Origin: Escherichia phage LYE-01
Sequence record: PQ303785.1
DNA length: 64,000 bases
Reading direction: 5' to 3' (one strand)
In this document: one piece after another, positions 37,567 to 47,640 of the stretch
Numbering within the stretch: the first letter of the stretch is position 1
How the letters are laid out: the number at the start of each line of letters is the position of its first letter
The notes under the pieces: model-generated
The model's input: only the letters and a program-made list of their open reading frames with translations
Told to the model about the DNA's origin: nothing
The model's database searches: none
Translations under genes and position numbers: made by a program

Positions 37567-37590
37567 AAGGCCTTCGGGCCTTTAGCTTTA
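37566..37590 (+). terminator. GGCCTTCGGGCC UUCG hairpin plus T tract
   Basis: AAAGGCCTTCGGGCCTTTAGCTTT. Confidence 0.5.
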
Positions 37591-37635
37591 TGATTACTGG
37601 AGTATAATATTCCCGAAACCAAACGAGGATAAGTG

Positions 37636-39453
37636 ATGATTAAGAATGAAATTAAAATTCTGAGCGATATTGAACATATCAAAAAGCGTAGCGGCATGTA
37701 CATTGGCTCTTCCGCTAATGAAATGCATGAGCGCTTTCTGTTTGGTAAATGGGAAAGTGTTCAGTATGTACCTGGTCTTGTTAAGCTTATTGATGAAATT
37801 ATTGATAACTCAGTAGATGAAGGTATTCGTACTAAGTTTAAATTCGCAAATAAAATTAATGTTACTATCAAAAACAATCAAGTAACAGTTGAAGATAACG
37901 GTCGTGGTATTCCACAAGCGATGGTTAAAACACCTACCGGTGAAGAAATTCCTGGTCCAGTTGCTGCATGGACTATTCCAAAGGCAGGTGGTAACTTTGG
38001 TGATGATAAAGAACGCGTCACTGGTGGTATGAATGGTGTTGGTTCTAGTTTAACTAACATTTTTTCTGTGATGTTTGTCGGTGAAACTGGCGACGGTCAA
38101 AATAATATTGTAGTTCGTTGTTCAAATGGCATGGAAAATAAATCATGGGAAGATATTCCTGGAAAATGGAAAGGAACACGTGTTACTTTCATTCCTGATT
38201 TTATGTCATTTGAAACTAATGAGCTATCTCAGGTTTATCTTGACATTACACTAGATCGTCTCCAGACACTTGCGGTAGTTTATCCTGATATTCAATTTAC
38301 CTTTAATGGTAAAAAGGTTCAGGGTAATTTTAAGAAATATGCACGCCAATATGATGAACACGCTATCGTTCAAGAACAAGAAAATTGTTCTATTGCGGTT
38401 GGTCGTTCACCTGATGGTTTTCGTCAATTAACATACGTTAATAACATTCATACTAAGAATGGTGGCCATCACATTGACTGCGTTATGGATGATATTTGTG
38501 AAGACCTTATTCCACAAATCAAACGTAAGTTCAAAATTGATGTAACTAAAGCACGTGTTAAAGAATGTTTGACTATCGTTATGTTTGTTCGTGATATGAA
38601 AAACATGCGATTTGATTCTCAAACTAAAGAGCGTTTGACTTCTCCATTTGGTGAAATTCGTAGTCATATTCAGCTTGATGCTAAAAAGATTTCACGTGCT
38701 ATTTTAAATAATGAAGCAATTTTAATGCCAATCATTGAAGCTGCCTTGGCTCGTAAATTGGCGGCAGAAAAAGCAGCAGAAACTAAAGCAGCTAAAAAGG
38801 CTTCTAAAGCCAAGGTTCATAAACATATTAAAGCGAATCTTTGTGGTAAAGATGCTGATACTACTCTTTTCTTGACTGAGGGTGATTCTGCTATCGGATA
38901 TCTTATTGATGTTCGTGATAAAGAACTTCATGGTGGTTATCCATTGCGTGGTAAAGTTCTCAACAGTTGGGGTATGTCTTATGCTGATATGCTTAAAAAC
39001 AAAGAACTGTTTGATATTTGCGCAATCACTGGATTGGTTCTTGGTGAAAAGGCTGAAAACTTAAATTATCATAATATTGCAATTATGACCGATGCTGACC
39101 ATGATGGTCTAGGAAGCATTTATCCTTCTCTGCTCGGATTTTTTAGTAATTGGCCAGAACTGTTTGAACAAGGAAGAATTCGCTTCGTCAAAACTCCTGT
39201 AATCATCGCTCAGGTCGGTAAAAAACAAGAATGGTTTTATACAGTCGCTGAATATGAGAGTGCTAAAGATGCTCTACCTAAACATAGCATCCGTTATATT
39301 AAAGGACTTGGCTCTTTGGAAAAATCTGAATATCGTGAGATGATTCAAAACCCAGTATATGATGTTGTTAAACTTCCTGAGAATTGGAAAGAGCTTTTTG
39401 AAATGCTCATGGGAGATAATGCTGACCTTCGTAAAGAATGGATGAGCCAGTAG
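37636..39453 (+). CDS. 39: DNA topoisomerase II large (ATPase) subunit, continuous gene 39 of T2/T6 type (605 aa)
   Basis: Begins MIKNEIKILSDIEHIKKRSGMYIGS; GHKL ATPase motifs; continuous to 605 codons with no split or bypass. Confidence 0.9.
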   Translation: MIKNEIKILSDIEHIKKRSGMYIGSSANEMHERFLFGKWESVQYVPGLVKLIDEIIDNSVDEGIRTKFKFANKINVTIKNNQVTVEDNGRGIPQAMVKTPTGEEIPGPVAAWTIPKAGGNFGDDKERVTGGMNGVGSSLTNIFSVMFVGETGDGQNNIVVRCSNGMENKSWEDIPGKWKGTRVTFIPDFMSFETNELSQVYLDITLDRLQTLAVVYPDIQFTFNGKKVQGNFKKYARQYDEHAIVQEQENCSIAVGRSPDGFRQLTYVNNIHTKNGGHHIDCVMDDICEDLIPQIKRKFKIDVTKARVKECLTIVMFVRDMKNMRFDSQTKERLTSPFGEIRSHIQLDAKKISRAILNNEAILMPIIEAALARKLAAEKAAETKAAKKASKAKVHKHIKANLCGKDADTTLFLTEGDSAIGYLIDVRDKELHGGYPLRGKVLNSWGMSYADMLKNKELFDICAITGLVLGEKAENLNYHNIAIMTDADHDGLGSIYPSLLGFFSNWPELFEQGRIRFVKTPVIIAQVGKKQEWFYTVAEYESAKDALPKHSIRYIKGLGSLEKSEYREMIQNPVYDVVKLPENWKELFEMLMGDNADLRKEWMSQ

Positions 39454-39482
39454 TTTACTTTACCACAAGGATGTGGTATAAT
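39453..39482 (+). promoter_or_regulatory. early promoter (TAGTTTAC junction with gene 39 stop; TG-extended TATAAT)
   Basis: TAGTTTACTTTACCACAAGGATGTGGTATAAT. Confidence 0.55.
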
Positions 39483-39507
39483 TAATTGGGCAAATGAGGA
39501 TATTGAA

Positions 39508-39711
39508 ATGAAATCATATAAAGTAAATTTAGAACTTTTTGATAAAGCAGTTCATCGAGAATATAGAATCATTCAACGCTTTTTCGATATGGGAGAAGCT
39601 GAAGAGTTTAAAAACCGCTTTAAGGATATTAGAGATAAAATTCAATCCGACACCGCAACTAAAGATGAACTACTAGAAGTTGCTGAAGTTATTAAACGCA
39701 ATATGAATTAA
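39508..39711 (+). CDS. hypothetical protein (67 aa)
   Basis: ORF with GAGGA SD. Confidence 0.4.
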   Translation: MKSYKVNLELFDKAVHREYRIIQRFFDMGEAEEFKNRFKDIRDKIQSDTATKDELLEVAEVIKRNMN

Positions 39712-39721
39712 TGAGGAAATT

Positions 39722-41899
39722 ATGATTATCACCACTGAAAAAGAAACAATTCTTGGTAATGGTTCTAAATCAAAAGCATTTAGCATCACAGCGTCTCCTA
39801 AAGTATTTAAAATTCTGTCATCTGATTTGTATACAAACAAGATTCGCGCAGTGGTTCGTGAATTGATTACCAATATGATTGATGCCCATGCTCTTAATGG
39901 AAATCCTGAAAAATTTATCATTCAAGTTCCAGGACGATTAGATCCGCGATTTGTTTGCCGAGATTTTGGTCCAGGTATGAGCGATTTTGATATTCAGGGT
40001 GATGATAATTCTCCTGGGTTGTATAATTCATACTTCAGTTCATCTAAGGCTGAATCTAACGATTTCATTGGTGGATTTGGTTTAGGTTCTAAATCTCCGT
40101 TTAGTTATACTGATACGTTTAGTATTACTTCGTACCATAAAGGTGAAATTCGCGGTTATGTAGCTTATATGGATGGTGACGGTCCGCAGATTAAACCTAC
40201 ATTCGTAAAAGAAATGGGTCCAGACGATAAAACTGGTATTGAAATCGTAGTTCCAGTTGAAGAAAAAGACTTTAGAAACTTTGCTTATGAAGTTTCTTAT
40301 ATCATGCGACCATTCAAAGATTTGGCTATCATTAATGGTCTTGACCGCGAAATTGATTATTTTCCGGATTTTGATGATTATTACGGCGTAAATCCAGAAA
40401 GATACTGGCCAGATCGTGGTGGATTGTATGCTATCTATGGTGGTATTGTTTATCCTATTGATGGTGTTATTAAAGACCGTAACTGGTTGAGCATTCGCAA
40501 TGAAGTGAATTACATTAAGTTTCCAATGGGTTCACTTGATATTGCTCCATCACGTGAGGCTCTTTCATTAGATGATCGTACTCGTAAAAATATTATTGAG
40601 CGTGTTAAAGAGCTTAGTGAGAAGGCATTCAATGAAGATGTAAAACGATTTAAAGAATCTACATCTCCTCGTCATACATACCGTGAATTGATGAAGATGG
40701 GATATTCTGCTCGAGATTATATGATTAGTAATTCGGTCAAATTCACGACTAAAAATCTGTCATATAAAAAGATGCAGAGCATGTTTGAGCCTGATAGTAA
40801 GTTATGCAATGCAGGGGTTGTGTATGAAGTAAATCTTGACCCTCGACTGAAACGCATTAAACAAAGTCATGAAACTTCAGCCGTTGCATCAAGTTATCGT
40901 CTGTTTGGTATTAACACAACAAAAATTAATATCGTTATTGATAATATTAAAAATCGTGTTAATATTGTCCGTGGATTAGCACGTGCATTAGATGATAGTG
41001 AATTTAATAACACTTTGAATATTCATCACAATGAGCGTCTTCTGTTTATTAATCCGGAAGTAGAATCGCAGATTGATTTGCTTCCTGATATTATGGCAAT
41101 GTTTGAAAGTGATGAAGTTAACATTCATTATCTGTCAGAAATTGAGGCTTTAGTTAAAAGTTATATTCCAAAGGCAGTAAAAAGTACAGCTCCTCGTCCT
41201 AAAGCTGCTACTGCGTTTAAGTTTGAAATTAAAGACGGTCGCTGGGAAAAAGAGGAACTGTTTACGCTCACATCAGAAGCAGATGAAATTACTGGTTATG
41301 TAGCATACATGCATCGTTCTGATATTTTCTCTATGGATGGTACTACATCGCTTTGTCATCCATCTACGAATATTTTGATTCGTATGGCTAATCTTATTGG
41401 CATTAATGAATTTTATGTTATTCGTCCGCTTTTGCAGAAAAAGGTAAAAGAACTTGGTCAGTGCCAATGTATTTTTGAAACTTTGCGTGATTTATATGTA
41501 GATGCTTTTGATGATGTAGATTATGATAAGTATGTAGGTTATTCAAGTTCAGCTAAACGATATATTGATAAAATTATCAAGTATCCTGAACTAGATTTTA
41601 TGATGAAGTACTTCAGTGTAGATGAAGTTTCTGAAGAATATACACGACTCGCTAATATGGTTAGTTCATTACAGGGTGTATATTTCAACGGTGGAAAAGA
41701 TACCATCGGTCATGACATCTGGACAGTAACTAATCTTTTTGATGTATTATCAAATAATGCTTCAAAAAACAGTGATAAAATGGTTGCTGAGTTTACCAAG
41801 AAATTCCGTATTGTTTCCGACTTCATCGGTTATCGCAACTCTTTAAGTGATGATGAAGTTTCCCAAATCGCTAAAACTATGAAGGCCCTTGCGGCCTAA
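39722..41899 (+). CDS. rIIA: rIIA protein (725 aa)
   Basis: 725 aa; GHKL-like N-terminal motifs; immediately upstream of rIIB. Confidence 0.85.
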   Translation: MIITTEKETILGNGSKSKAFSITASPKVFKILSSDLYTNKIRAVVRELITNMIDAHALNGNPEKFIIQVPGRLDPRFVCRDFGPGMSDFDIQGDDNSPGLYNSYFSSSKAESNDFIGGFGLGSKSPFSYTDTFSITSYHKGEIRGYVAYMDGDGPQIKPTFVKEMGPDDKTGIEIVVPVEEKDFRNFAYEVSYIMRPFKDLAIINGLDREIDYFPDFDDYYGVNPERYWPDRGGLYAIYGGIVYPIDGVIKDRNWLSIRNEVNYIKFPMGSLDIAPSREALSLDDRTRKNIIERVKELSEKAFNEDVKRFKESTSPRHTYRELMKMGYSARDYMISNSVKFTTKNLSYKKMQSMFEPDSKLCNAGVVYEVNLDPRLKRIKQSHETSAVASSYRLFGINTTKINIVIDNIKNRVNIVRGLARALDDSEFNNTLNIHHNERLLFINPEVESQIDLLPDIMAMFESDEVNIHYLSEIEALVKSYIPKAVKSTAPRPKAATAFKFEIKDGRWEKEELFTLTSEADEITGYVAYMHRSDIFSMDGTTSLCHPSTNILIRMANLIGINEFYVIRPLLQKKVKELGQCQCIFETLRDLYVDAFDDVDYDKYVGYSSSAKRYIDKIIKYPELDFMMKYFSVDEVSEEYTRLANMVSSLQGVYFNGGKDTIGHDIWTVTNLFDVLSNNASKNSDKMVAEFTKKFRIVSDFIGYRNSLSDDEVSQIAKTMKALAA

Positions 41900-41910
41900 T
41901 AAGGAAAATT

Positions 41911-42849
41911 ATGTACAATATTAAATGCCTGACCAAAAACGAACAAGCTGAAATTGTTAAACTGTATTCAAGTGGTAATTACACCCAACAGGAATTGGCT
42001 GATTGGCAAGGTGTATCGGTTGACACAATCCGTCGTGTTTTGAAAAATGCTGAAGAAGCTGAGCGTTCCAAAGTTACTATTAGCGGTGATATTACAGTTA
42101 AAGTTAAGAGTGATGTAGCTATTGCTTCAGTTGCTAAATCTGACATTATTTGGAATGCATCTAAAAAATTCATTTCAATTACTGTTGATGGCGTAACTTA
42201 CAACGCAACTCCTAATACTCATTCAAACTTCCAGGAAATTCTTAATCTGCTTGTTGCAGATAAATTGGAAGAAGCGGCACAAAAAATTAATGTTCGTCGC
42301 GCTGTTGAAAAATATATTTCCGGTGATGTTCGAATTGAAGGTGGAAGCCTGTTCTATCAAAATATTGAATTGCGGTCTGGTTTAGTTGATCGTATTCTCG
42401 ATTCGATGGAAAAAGGTGAAAACTTTGAATTTTATTTTCCGTTCTTGGAAAATCTGCTGGAAAACCCGAGCCAAAAAGCGGTATCTCGACTCTTTGATTT
42501 CTTGGTAGCAAACGATATTGAAATTACAGAAGACGGTTACTTCTATGCTTGGAAAGTAGTTCGCAGCAATTACTTTGACTGTCACTCAAATACCTTTGAT
42601 AACAGTCCTGGTAAAGTAGTTAAAATGCCACGTACTCGTGTGAATGACGATGATACACAAACTTGTTCTCGTGGTCTGCATGTGTGTTCTAAATCTTATA
42701 TTCGTCACTTTGGCAGTTCAACCAGTCGAGTTGTAAAAGTTAAAGTACATCCTCGCGATGTAGTATCAATTCCGATTGATTACAACGATGCTAAAATGCG
42801 TACCTGCCAATACGAAGTAATTGAAGACGTTACTGAACAATTTAAATAA
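41911..42849 (+). CDS. rIIB: rIIB protein (312 aa)
   Basis: 312 aa ORF following rIIA, as T4 rIIB. Confidence 0.85.
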   Translation: MYNIKCLTKNEQAEIVKLYSSGNYTQQELADWQGVSVDTIRRVLKNAEEAERSKVTISGDITVKVKSDVAIASVAKSDIIWNASKKFISITVDGVTYNATPNTHSNFQEILNLLVADKLEEAAQKINVRRAVEKYISGDVRIEGGSLFYQNIELRSGLVDRILDSMEKGENFEFYFPFLENLLENPSQKAVSRLFDFLVANDIEITEDGYFYAWKVVRSNYFDCHSNTFDNSPGKVVKMPRTRVNDDDTQTCSRGLHVCSKSYIRHFGSSTSRVVKVKVHPRDVVSIPIDYNDAKMRTCQYEVIEDVTEQFK

Positions 42850-42865
42850 GGGCTTCGGCCCTTAA
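42848..42865 (+). repeat. GGGCTTCGGCCC UUCG hairpin without U-run (RNA stability or processing element)
   Basis: AAGGGCTTCGGCCCTTAACT. Confidence 0.4.
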
Positions 42866-42877
42866 CTAAGGAAAATT

Positions 42878-43072
42878 ATGTTAGGTTATCAAGCACGAGT
42901 AAAAGAAGAATACGATCAATTAATGCTCAAAATTAATGCACTGAGCAAATTTTTAGAAAGCACAAAGTTTCTAACGATTAATGAAGTTGAGCAAGAACTG
43001 TTGCTTTCACAATTTATCTCAATGAAATCTTACGCAGATTGTTTAGAGAAAAGAATTGCACAATTCAAATAA
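42878..43072 (+). CDS. hypothetical protein (64 aa)
   Basis: ORF with AAGGA SD. Confidence 0.4.
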   Translation: MLGYQARVKEEYDQLMLKINALSKFLESTKFLTINEVEQELLLSQFISMKSYADCLEKRIAQFK

Positions 43073-43075
43073 AAT

Positions 43076-43100
43076 AAGGGGCTTCGGCCCTTTTGTTTTA
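43076..43100 (+). terminator. GGGGCTTCGGCCC UUCG hairpin plus TTTTGTTTT
   Basis: Seen directly. Confidence 0.55.
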
Positions 43101-43110
43101 AGGAAAAATT

Positions 43111-43440
43111 ATGATTTATTGTATGAATATCGGTGATTCCGACATAAAAGAGATTAAACTGCACGGAAATCATCACGCTAATATTGTGTACTGCAATAAA
43201 TTTGAGTTTGGTCACGAAAAACTTGGGTTTCTTTACTGCAATGATGTTATAGTCATGGATAAAAAGAAACTCGATGAACTTGACCGTGAGTCTTTAAATG
43301 AAAATGATCGAATTTATTATGGTACTCTTAAAGTATATAACGCTTATCTTAGTGGTAAAAAGGAAAGTCTAAATGCAGAAAACGAATCCAGGTTTACAGA
43401 GACTATTTCAGATTCCGACATTTACCCTATCGAACAGTGA
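43111..43440 (+). CDS. hypothetical protein (109 aa)
   Basis: ORF; overlaps next ORF by 68 nt. Confidence 0.3.
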   Translation: MIYCMNIGDSDIKEIKLHGNHHANIVYCNKFEFGHEKLGFLYCNDVIVMDKKKLDELDRESLNENDRIYYGTLKVYNAYLSGKKESLNAENESRFTETISDSDIYPIEQ

Positions 43441-43930
43441 CTTGACTAGTGAAATGAAGGTCAAAATTGCTGATACAGCAAGATACTCTTTAAAACAAAA
43501 TCCTAATCAGGATAAAGCAGAAGTTATTGAAAGATGTCGCATCGCTGTGTACGCAGAATTTTTTGTAGCAGATTGGCTAAGCGGGTATGTTAACAAAGGC
43601 CAAGAGGATGTTAATGACCCGTATACATATGCGTGGGATGTACTGGCGCATCCAAAATACTGCGGGCTTCGTGTAGAAGTCAAAACACATCAAACTGACT
43701 CACGTTGGATTTCGGTAACAACCGGATGCAGCGGAGAGTATCCATACGGTTCTGGAATAAATCTAGGGCCCATTCTGAATCATCAAGTCGCTGACTGTAT
43801 AATTATATTCAACACTAAAGAAATTCATCCAGGTGTCATCCAGTACACTCCGAAGTTCATCGGTGATAGAGAAGACCTTCGTAAGGTTGTAAGAAAAAGC
43901 AACTACAACGGATGGTATCTTTCCATTTAA
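43373..43930 (+). CDS. denB: DenB-like endonuclease IV (185 aa)
   Basis: 185 aa ORF in the rIIB-ndd interval where T4 denB lies; size and position from recall only. Confidence 0.5.
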   Translation: MQKTNPGLQRLFQIPTFTLSNSDLTSEMKVKIADTARYSLKQNPNQDKAEVIERCRIAVYAEFFVADWLSGYVNKGQEDVNDPYTYAWDVLAHPKYCGLRVEVKTHQTDSRWISVTTGCSGEYPYGSGINLGPILNHQVADCIIIFNTKEIHPGVIQYTPKFIGDREDLRKVVRKSNYNGWYLSI

Positions 43931-43946
43931 AAATTTTCACAAAACG

Positions 43947-43976
43947 GTTTACATACCACAAGGACTGTGGTACTAT
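43947..43976 (+). promoter_or_regulatory. T4-type early promoter of a PeSL-like cassette
   Basis: TTTTCACAAAACGGTTTAC, 18 nt spacer, TGTGGTACTAT. Confidence 0.55.
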
Positions 43977-43981
43977 ACAAC

Positions 43982-44010
43982 TATCAACTGATACGGATTT
44001 GGAGAATAAA
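43982..44010 (+). repeat. conserved early leader: TATCAACTGATA hairpin plus GGAGAAT SD
   Basis: Identical core to 16006-16034. Confidence 0.55.
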
Positions 44011-44217
44011 ATGTTTACTACAGCTGAATTAAAACGAGCAAAAGCTAAGAAAGGGCAAGGAAAATATAAAGCTGAATTAGTTAAAGAACTTCAGTTTGCT
44101 GAGGCTGAATTGAATTCAATGATTATTCAAAATGCTCCAGAAACTGAAATTGCTCTTAAACGTATTGCGAATAAGTGTCTTCGTGATGCAATCGTCGTTC
44201 TTTTAGCGGATTATTGA
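44011..44217 (+). CDS. hypothetical protein (68 aa)
   Basis: ORF behind conserved leader. Confidence 0.4.
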   Translation: MFTTAELKRAKAKKGQGKYKAELVKELQFAEAELNSMIIQNAPETEIALKRIANKCLRDAIVVLLADY

Positions 44218-44434
44218 GTAAAATGAAAATCGTTGAGATTGAACTATGAGTTCATTATGGTGGTGTTTCATTTGGTTAATTAGTATTCCATTAATTTGTT
44301 TAACATTTACTTTTGTGATGAGGTTATTATGAAAATTTTGAATTCTGTACTTATTGCTTGTGCGTGGTGGGTTGCGCAAGTTTCGGCAGTAGTGATTGGT
44401 ATTCACATTTATTACGAATATTTTTAAAAAAGTT

Positions 44435-44464
44435 GTTTACAAGACTGTTCCTCTGTGGTATTAT
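44435..44464 (+). promoter_or_regulatory. early promoter; 7-bp inverted repeat GTTCCTC/GAGGAAC brackets the -10 and SD
   Basis: AAAGTTGTTTAC, 18 nt spacer, TGTGGTATTAT. Confidence 0.5.
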
Positions 44465-44492
44465 TACTCTATCAACTACGGAGGAACAGAAA

Positions 44493-44606
44493 ATGAAAAA
44501 GATTGTTAAAGCTATATGGAATGTAGTTATAATACTAGTAGTTTTGAGTATATTCCCAATCGTTTTAATGATTGATGTATTAAACGCTTACTTTGGATTT
44601 ATGTGA
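44493..44606 (+). CDS. hypothetical tiny membrane protein (37 aa)
   Basis: GGAGG SD; single TM. Confidence 0.3.
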   Translation: MKKIVKAIWNVVIILVVLSIFPIVLMIDVLNAYFGFM

Positions 44607-44613
44607 GGAAAAT

Positions 44614-44811
44614 ATGAAGCGTAAACGCAGTGCTTTTACATTTATTGAATGGTTTTTCGATAATATTTTTCCGGCTTTATTCATTTTCATGTTGATTTTC
44701 GCCTTAGGTTCTGTTGTAGTTGGAATCTATTTGATGGCAGTTGTCGGAATGGATATTCACCAAAATGGTTTAAAATCTGTGGTTGAAACAATTTGGAATG
44801 GTGTAAAATGA
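44614..44811 (+). CDS. hypothetical small membrane protein (65 aa from ATG 44614)
   Basis: GAGGAAA SD; hydrophobic segment. Confidence 0.35.
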   Translation: MKRKRSAFTFIEWFFDNIFPALFIFMLIFALGSVVVGIYLMAVVGMDIHQNGLKSVVETIWNGVK

Positions 44812-44926
44812 TGAATTTACTAAACATTTGGTTTTATATTCTTATGTTTTACATTGGCGCAAATATCCCATATTGGATGGGATGGTCAACAACTGCATTT
44901 GGATTTTATACTCCCTGAGGTGAATT

Positions 44927-45142
44927 ATGAAAATCTTTAAAGATGTAAAAGTTGGTGAAATTTTTTGCTTAGATAGTGGTGATCAGTTAATTCGTATTTC
45001 ACCTCTTAAGAGCACTAGCGAGAAAATGACGGTTAATGCTACTTTAGCAAATAACAGTAATGAACGTTTCTGTATTGAAAATGATACTGAAACTTATACT
45101 GTAGAAGAGTTCTGGGAATTGAGCGTCGCCTGCGACGATTAA
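44927..45142 (+). CDS. hypothetical protein (71 aa)
   Basis: ORF with GAGG SD. Confidence 0.4.
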   Translation: MKIFKDVKVGEIFCLDSGDQLIRISPLKSTSEKMTVNATLANNSNERFCIENDTETYTVEEFWELSVACDD

Positions 45143-45202
45143 TTTATCGGCCGTATGAATTCATACGGCCTTGGAGTAGAAAATAATTTAGAGGAAATTA
45201 AC

Positions 45203-45658
45203 ATGAAATATATGACTGTTACTGATTTGAATAATGCAGGCGCAACTGTTATTGGTACAATCAAGGGCGGTGAATGGGTTTTTGGAACTCCGCATAAAGA
45301 CATTTTGTCTAACCCTGGATTTTACTTTTTAGTGAGTAAATTTGGTGGTCCATTTGATAGTCCGTGTGTATCTGCACGATTTTATGTAGGTAATCAGCGT
45401 TCTAAGCAAGGATTCAGTGCAGTTCTAAGTCATATTCGTCAGCGTCGGTCTCAGCTTGCGCGTACTATTGCAAATAACAATGTTCCATACACAGTATTTT
45501 ATCTACCTTCTTCTAAGATGAAACCTCTGACGACGGGATTTGGAAAAGGTCAGTTAGCTTTAGCGTTTACTCGTAATCATCATTCTGAGTATCAAACGCT
45601 TGAAGAAATGAACCGTATGTTGGCTGATAACTTTAAATTTGTTTTGCAGGCATATTAA
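45203..45658 (+). CDS. ndd: Ndd nucleoid disruption protein (151 aa from ATG 45203)
   Basis: Begins [18 protein letters not shown]; 151 aa; immediately followed by stp. Confidence 0.7.
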
Positions 45659-45738
45659 TGAGTAATTTCCATAACGAACATGTGATGCAGTTTTATCGTA
45701 ATAATCTTAAAACTAAAGGCGTCTTCGGACGCCAGTGA
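45658..45738 (+). CDS. stp: Stp peptide (26 aa)
   Basis: Encodes [26 protein letters not shown], recognised as T4 Stp; ATG overlaps ndd stop (TAATG). Confidence 0.7.
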
Positions 45739-45745
45739 GGAAAAT

Positions 45746-45901
45746 GTGAATATTGCAAAATTATTAGGAGTTATTTCATTTATTTGTTGGATAGTAGCAT
45801 GTGTTTTAACTATCTGTATTGATGCCAGCAGCGTGTTTTCGCAAGCTTTAGCTCAGGGTATGTGTGCATATTTAACATTTGCGTTGTTATCTAATGATTA
45901 A
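45746..45901 (+). CDS. Ac-like small membrane protein (51 aa, GTG start)
   Basis: 51 aa hydrophobic ORF after stp; position and size of T4 ac (recall). Confidence 0.4.
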   Translation: MNIAKLLGVISFICWIVACVLTICIDASSVFSQALAQGMCAYLTFALLSND

Positions 45902-46034
45902 GAAAATCTTGGGCTATTCATTAGCCCTTGCTACTTTATTGGTAGCACTATATTATGGAGTAATGTTCGGATTAATTCAAGTCGTGCTTTTCATTTCTGA
46001 TGTTATTATGGCACTACATTCACTAGTATGGTAA
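45894..46034 (+). CDS. hypothetical small membrane protein (46 aa)
   Basis: Hydrophobic ORF ending 5 nt before gene 52. Confidence 0.3.
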   Translation: MIKKILGYSLALATLLVALYYGVMFGLIQVVLFISDVIMALHSLVW

Positions 46035-46038
46035 ATTT

Positions 46039-47367
46039 ATGCAACTGAATAATCGCGATTTAAAAAGTATCATTGATAATGAAGCATTGGCTTATGCTAT
46101 GTACACGGTTGAAAATCGTGCTATTCCAAATATGATTGATGGATTTAAGCCAGTTCAACGATTTGTTATCGCTCGAGCTCTTGATTTGGCGCGGGGAAAT
46201 AAAGATAAGTTTCACAAACTCGCTTCTATTGCAGGTGGTGTAGCTGACCTTGGATATCATCATGGCGAAAACTCTGCACAAGATGCGGGGGCTTTGATGG
46301 CTAACACTTGGAATAATAACTTTCCTTTGTTAGATGGTCAAGGAAACTTTGGTTCTCGTACCGTTCAAAAAGCAGCGGCAAGCCGTTATATTTTTGCTCG
46401 TGTAAGTAAAAATTTCTATAACGTATATAAAGATACTGAATATGCTCCGGTACATCAAGATAAAGAACACATTCCTCCTGCTTTCTATTTGCCTATTATT
46501 CCTACTGTTCTTCTTAATGGTGTTTCCGGTATTGCAACTGGTTATGCAACTTACATTCTTCCTCATAGTGTTTCTTCTGTCAAGAAAGCTGTACTACAAG
46601 CTCTTCAAGGAAAGAAAGTAACTAAACCGAAGGTAGAATTCCCAGAATTTCGTGGTGAAGTCGTTGAGATTGACGGGCAATATGAAATTCGTGGAACATA
46701 TAAGTTTACTTCACGAACTCAAATGAATATCACTGAGATTCCGTATAAGTATGATCGTGAAACTTATGTGAGTAAAATCTTAGACCCGCTTGAAGATAAG
46801 GGCTTCATTACATGGGATGATGCTTGCGGTGAGCATGGTTTTGGCTTTAAAGTTAAATTCCGCAAAGAATATTCTTTGAGCGATAACGAAGAAGAACGCC
46901 ATGCAAAAATTATGAAAGACTTTGGGTTGATTGAGCGTCGTTCCCAAAATATTACAGTCATCAACGAGAAAGGAAAGTTACAAGTTTACGATAACGTAGT
47001 TGATTTAATTAAAGACTTCGTTGAAGTTCGTAAAACTTATGTCCAAAAACGAATTGATAACAAAATCAAAGAAACTGAATCAGCATTTCGTTTAGCCTTT
47101 GCCAAGGCGCATTTCATTAAGAAAGTAATTTCAGGTGAAATCGTTGTACAGGGTAAAACTCGTAAAGAACTGACCGAAGAACTTTCTAAAATTGATATGT
47201 ATTCTTCTTATGTTGATAAACTAGTTGGAATGAATATTTTTCATATGACTTCCGACGAAGCAAAGAAACTTGCTGAAGAAGCTAAAGCTAAGAAAGAAGA
47301 AAACGAATATTGGAAAACTACTGATGTAGTTACAGAATACACCAAAGATTTAGAGGAAATCAAATGA
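46039..47367 (+). CDS. 52: gp52 topoisomerase II medium subunit (GyrA-like, 442 aa)
   Basis: 442 aa; begins MQLNNRDLKSIIDNEALAYAMYTVENRAIP; matches T4 gp52. Confidence 0.9.
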   Translation: MQLNNRDLKSIIDNEALAYAMYTVENRAIPNMIDGFKPVQRFVIARALDLARGNKDKFHKLASIAGGVADLGYHHGENSAQDAGALMANTWNNNFPLLDGQGNFGSRTVQKAAASRYIFARVSKNFYNVYKDTEYAPVHQDKEHIPPAFYLPIIPTVLLNGVSGIATGYATYILPHSVSSVKKAVLQALQGKKVTKPKVEFPEFRGEVVEIDGQYEIRGTYKFTSRTQMNITEIPYKYDRETYVSKILDPLEDKGFITWDDACGEHGFGFKVKFRKEYSLSDNEEERHAKIMKDFGLIERRSQNITVINEKGKLQVYDNVVDLIKDFVEVRKTYVQKRIDNKIKETESAFRLAFAKAHFIKKVISGEIVVQGKTRKELTEELSKIDMYSSYVDKLVGMNIFHMTSDEAKKLAEEAKAKKEENEYWKTTDVVTEYTKDLEEIK

Positions 47368-47513
47368 GTCCATTTATAGGTATTACAAGCGCGGCATTAG
47401 TATCTGGTGGCATTTTACTAGCGGGGGTAGGTGTTGTTCCAGCCGTAGCAGGAGGTCTTCTTGCATTCGGAATTCAACGCGTTATCATGACAGTTATCAC
47501 AGTCATGCAGTAA
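47364..47513 (+). CDS. hypothetical Gly-rich small membrane protein (49 aa)
   Basis: ATG overlaps gene 52 stop (ATGA); followed by terminator. Confidence 0.35.
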   Translation: MSPFIGITSAALVSGGILLAGVGVVPAVAGGLLAFGIQRVIMTVITVMQ

Positions 47514-47518
47514 TTTTA

Positions 47519-47545
47519 GGGAGAGCCTCGGCTCTCCCTTTTTTA
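47519..47545 (+). terminator. rho-independent terminator GGGAGAGCC-TCG-GCTCTCCC plus TTTTTT
   Basis: Perfect 8-9 bp stem and T-run. Confidence 0.65.
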
Positions 47546-47569
47546 TTTCAAAATTTTTTTCACAAAACG

Positions 47570-47599
47570 GTTTACAACCAAAGCATACTGTGGTACTAT
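47570..47599 (+). promoter_or_regulatory. T4-type early promoter of a PeSL-like cassette upstream of motA
   Basis: TTTTTTTCACAAAACGGTTTAC, 18 nt spacer, TGTGGTACTAT. Confidence 0.55.
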
Positions 47600-47604
47600 A
47601 CAAC

Positions 47605-47640
47605 TATCAACTACTGATACAGAATTACGGAGATTAGAAA
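47605..47640 (+). repeat. conserved leader hairpin TATCA-ACTAC-TGATA plus GGAG SD before motA
   Basis: Paralogous to 35793-35830. Confidence 0.5.

Noticed and set aside
37230-37703. Minus-strand 157-aa ORF spanning the lipoprotein gene and gene 39 start
   Set aside because: Crosses a terminator hairpin and the gene 39 RBS; inconsistent with the conserved plus-strand organisation.
37636-39711. Searched for a gene 60-type translational bypass (take-off GGA, stop, hairpin, landing GGA)
   Set aside because: Gene 39 is a single uninterrupted ORF, so no bypass element is needed or visible.
45148-45170. Perfect palindrome GGCCGTATGAATTCATACGGCC upstream of ndd, considered as a terminator
   Set aside because: No downstream U-run; more likely an RNA processing or stability hairpin, or a protein-binding palindrome. 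Not called a terminator.
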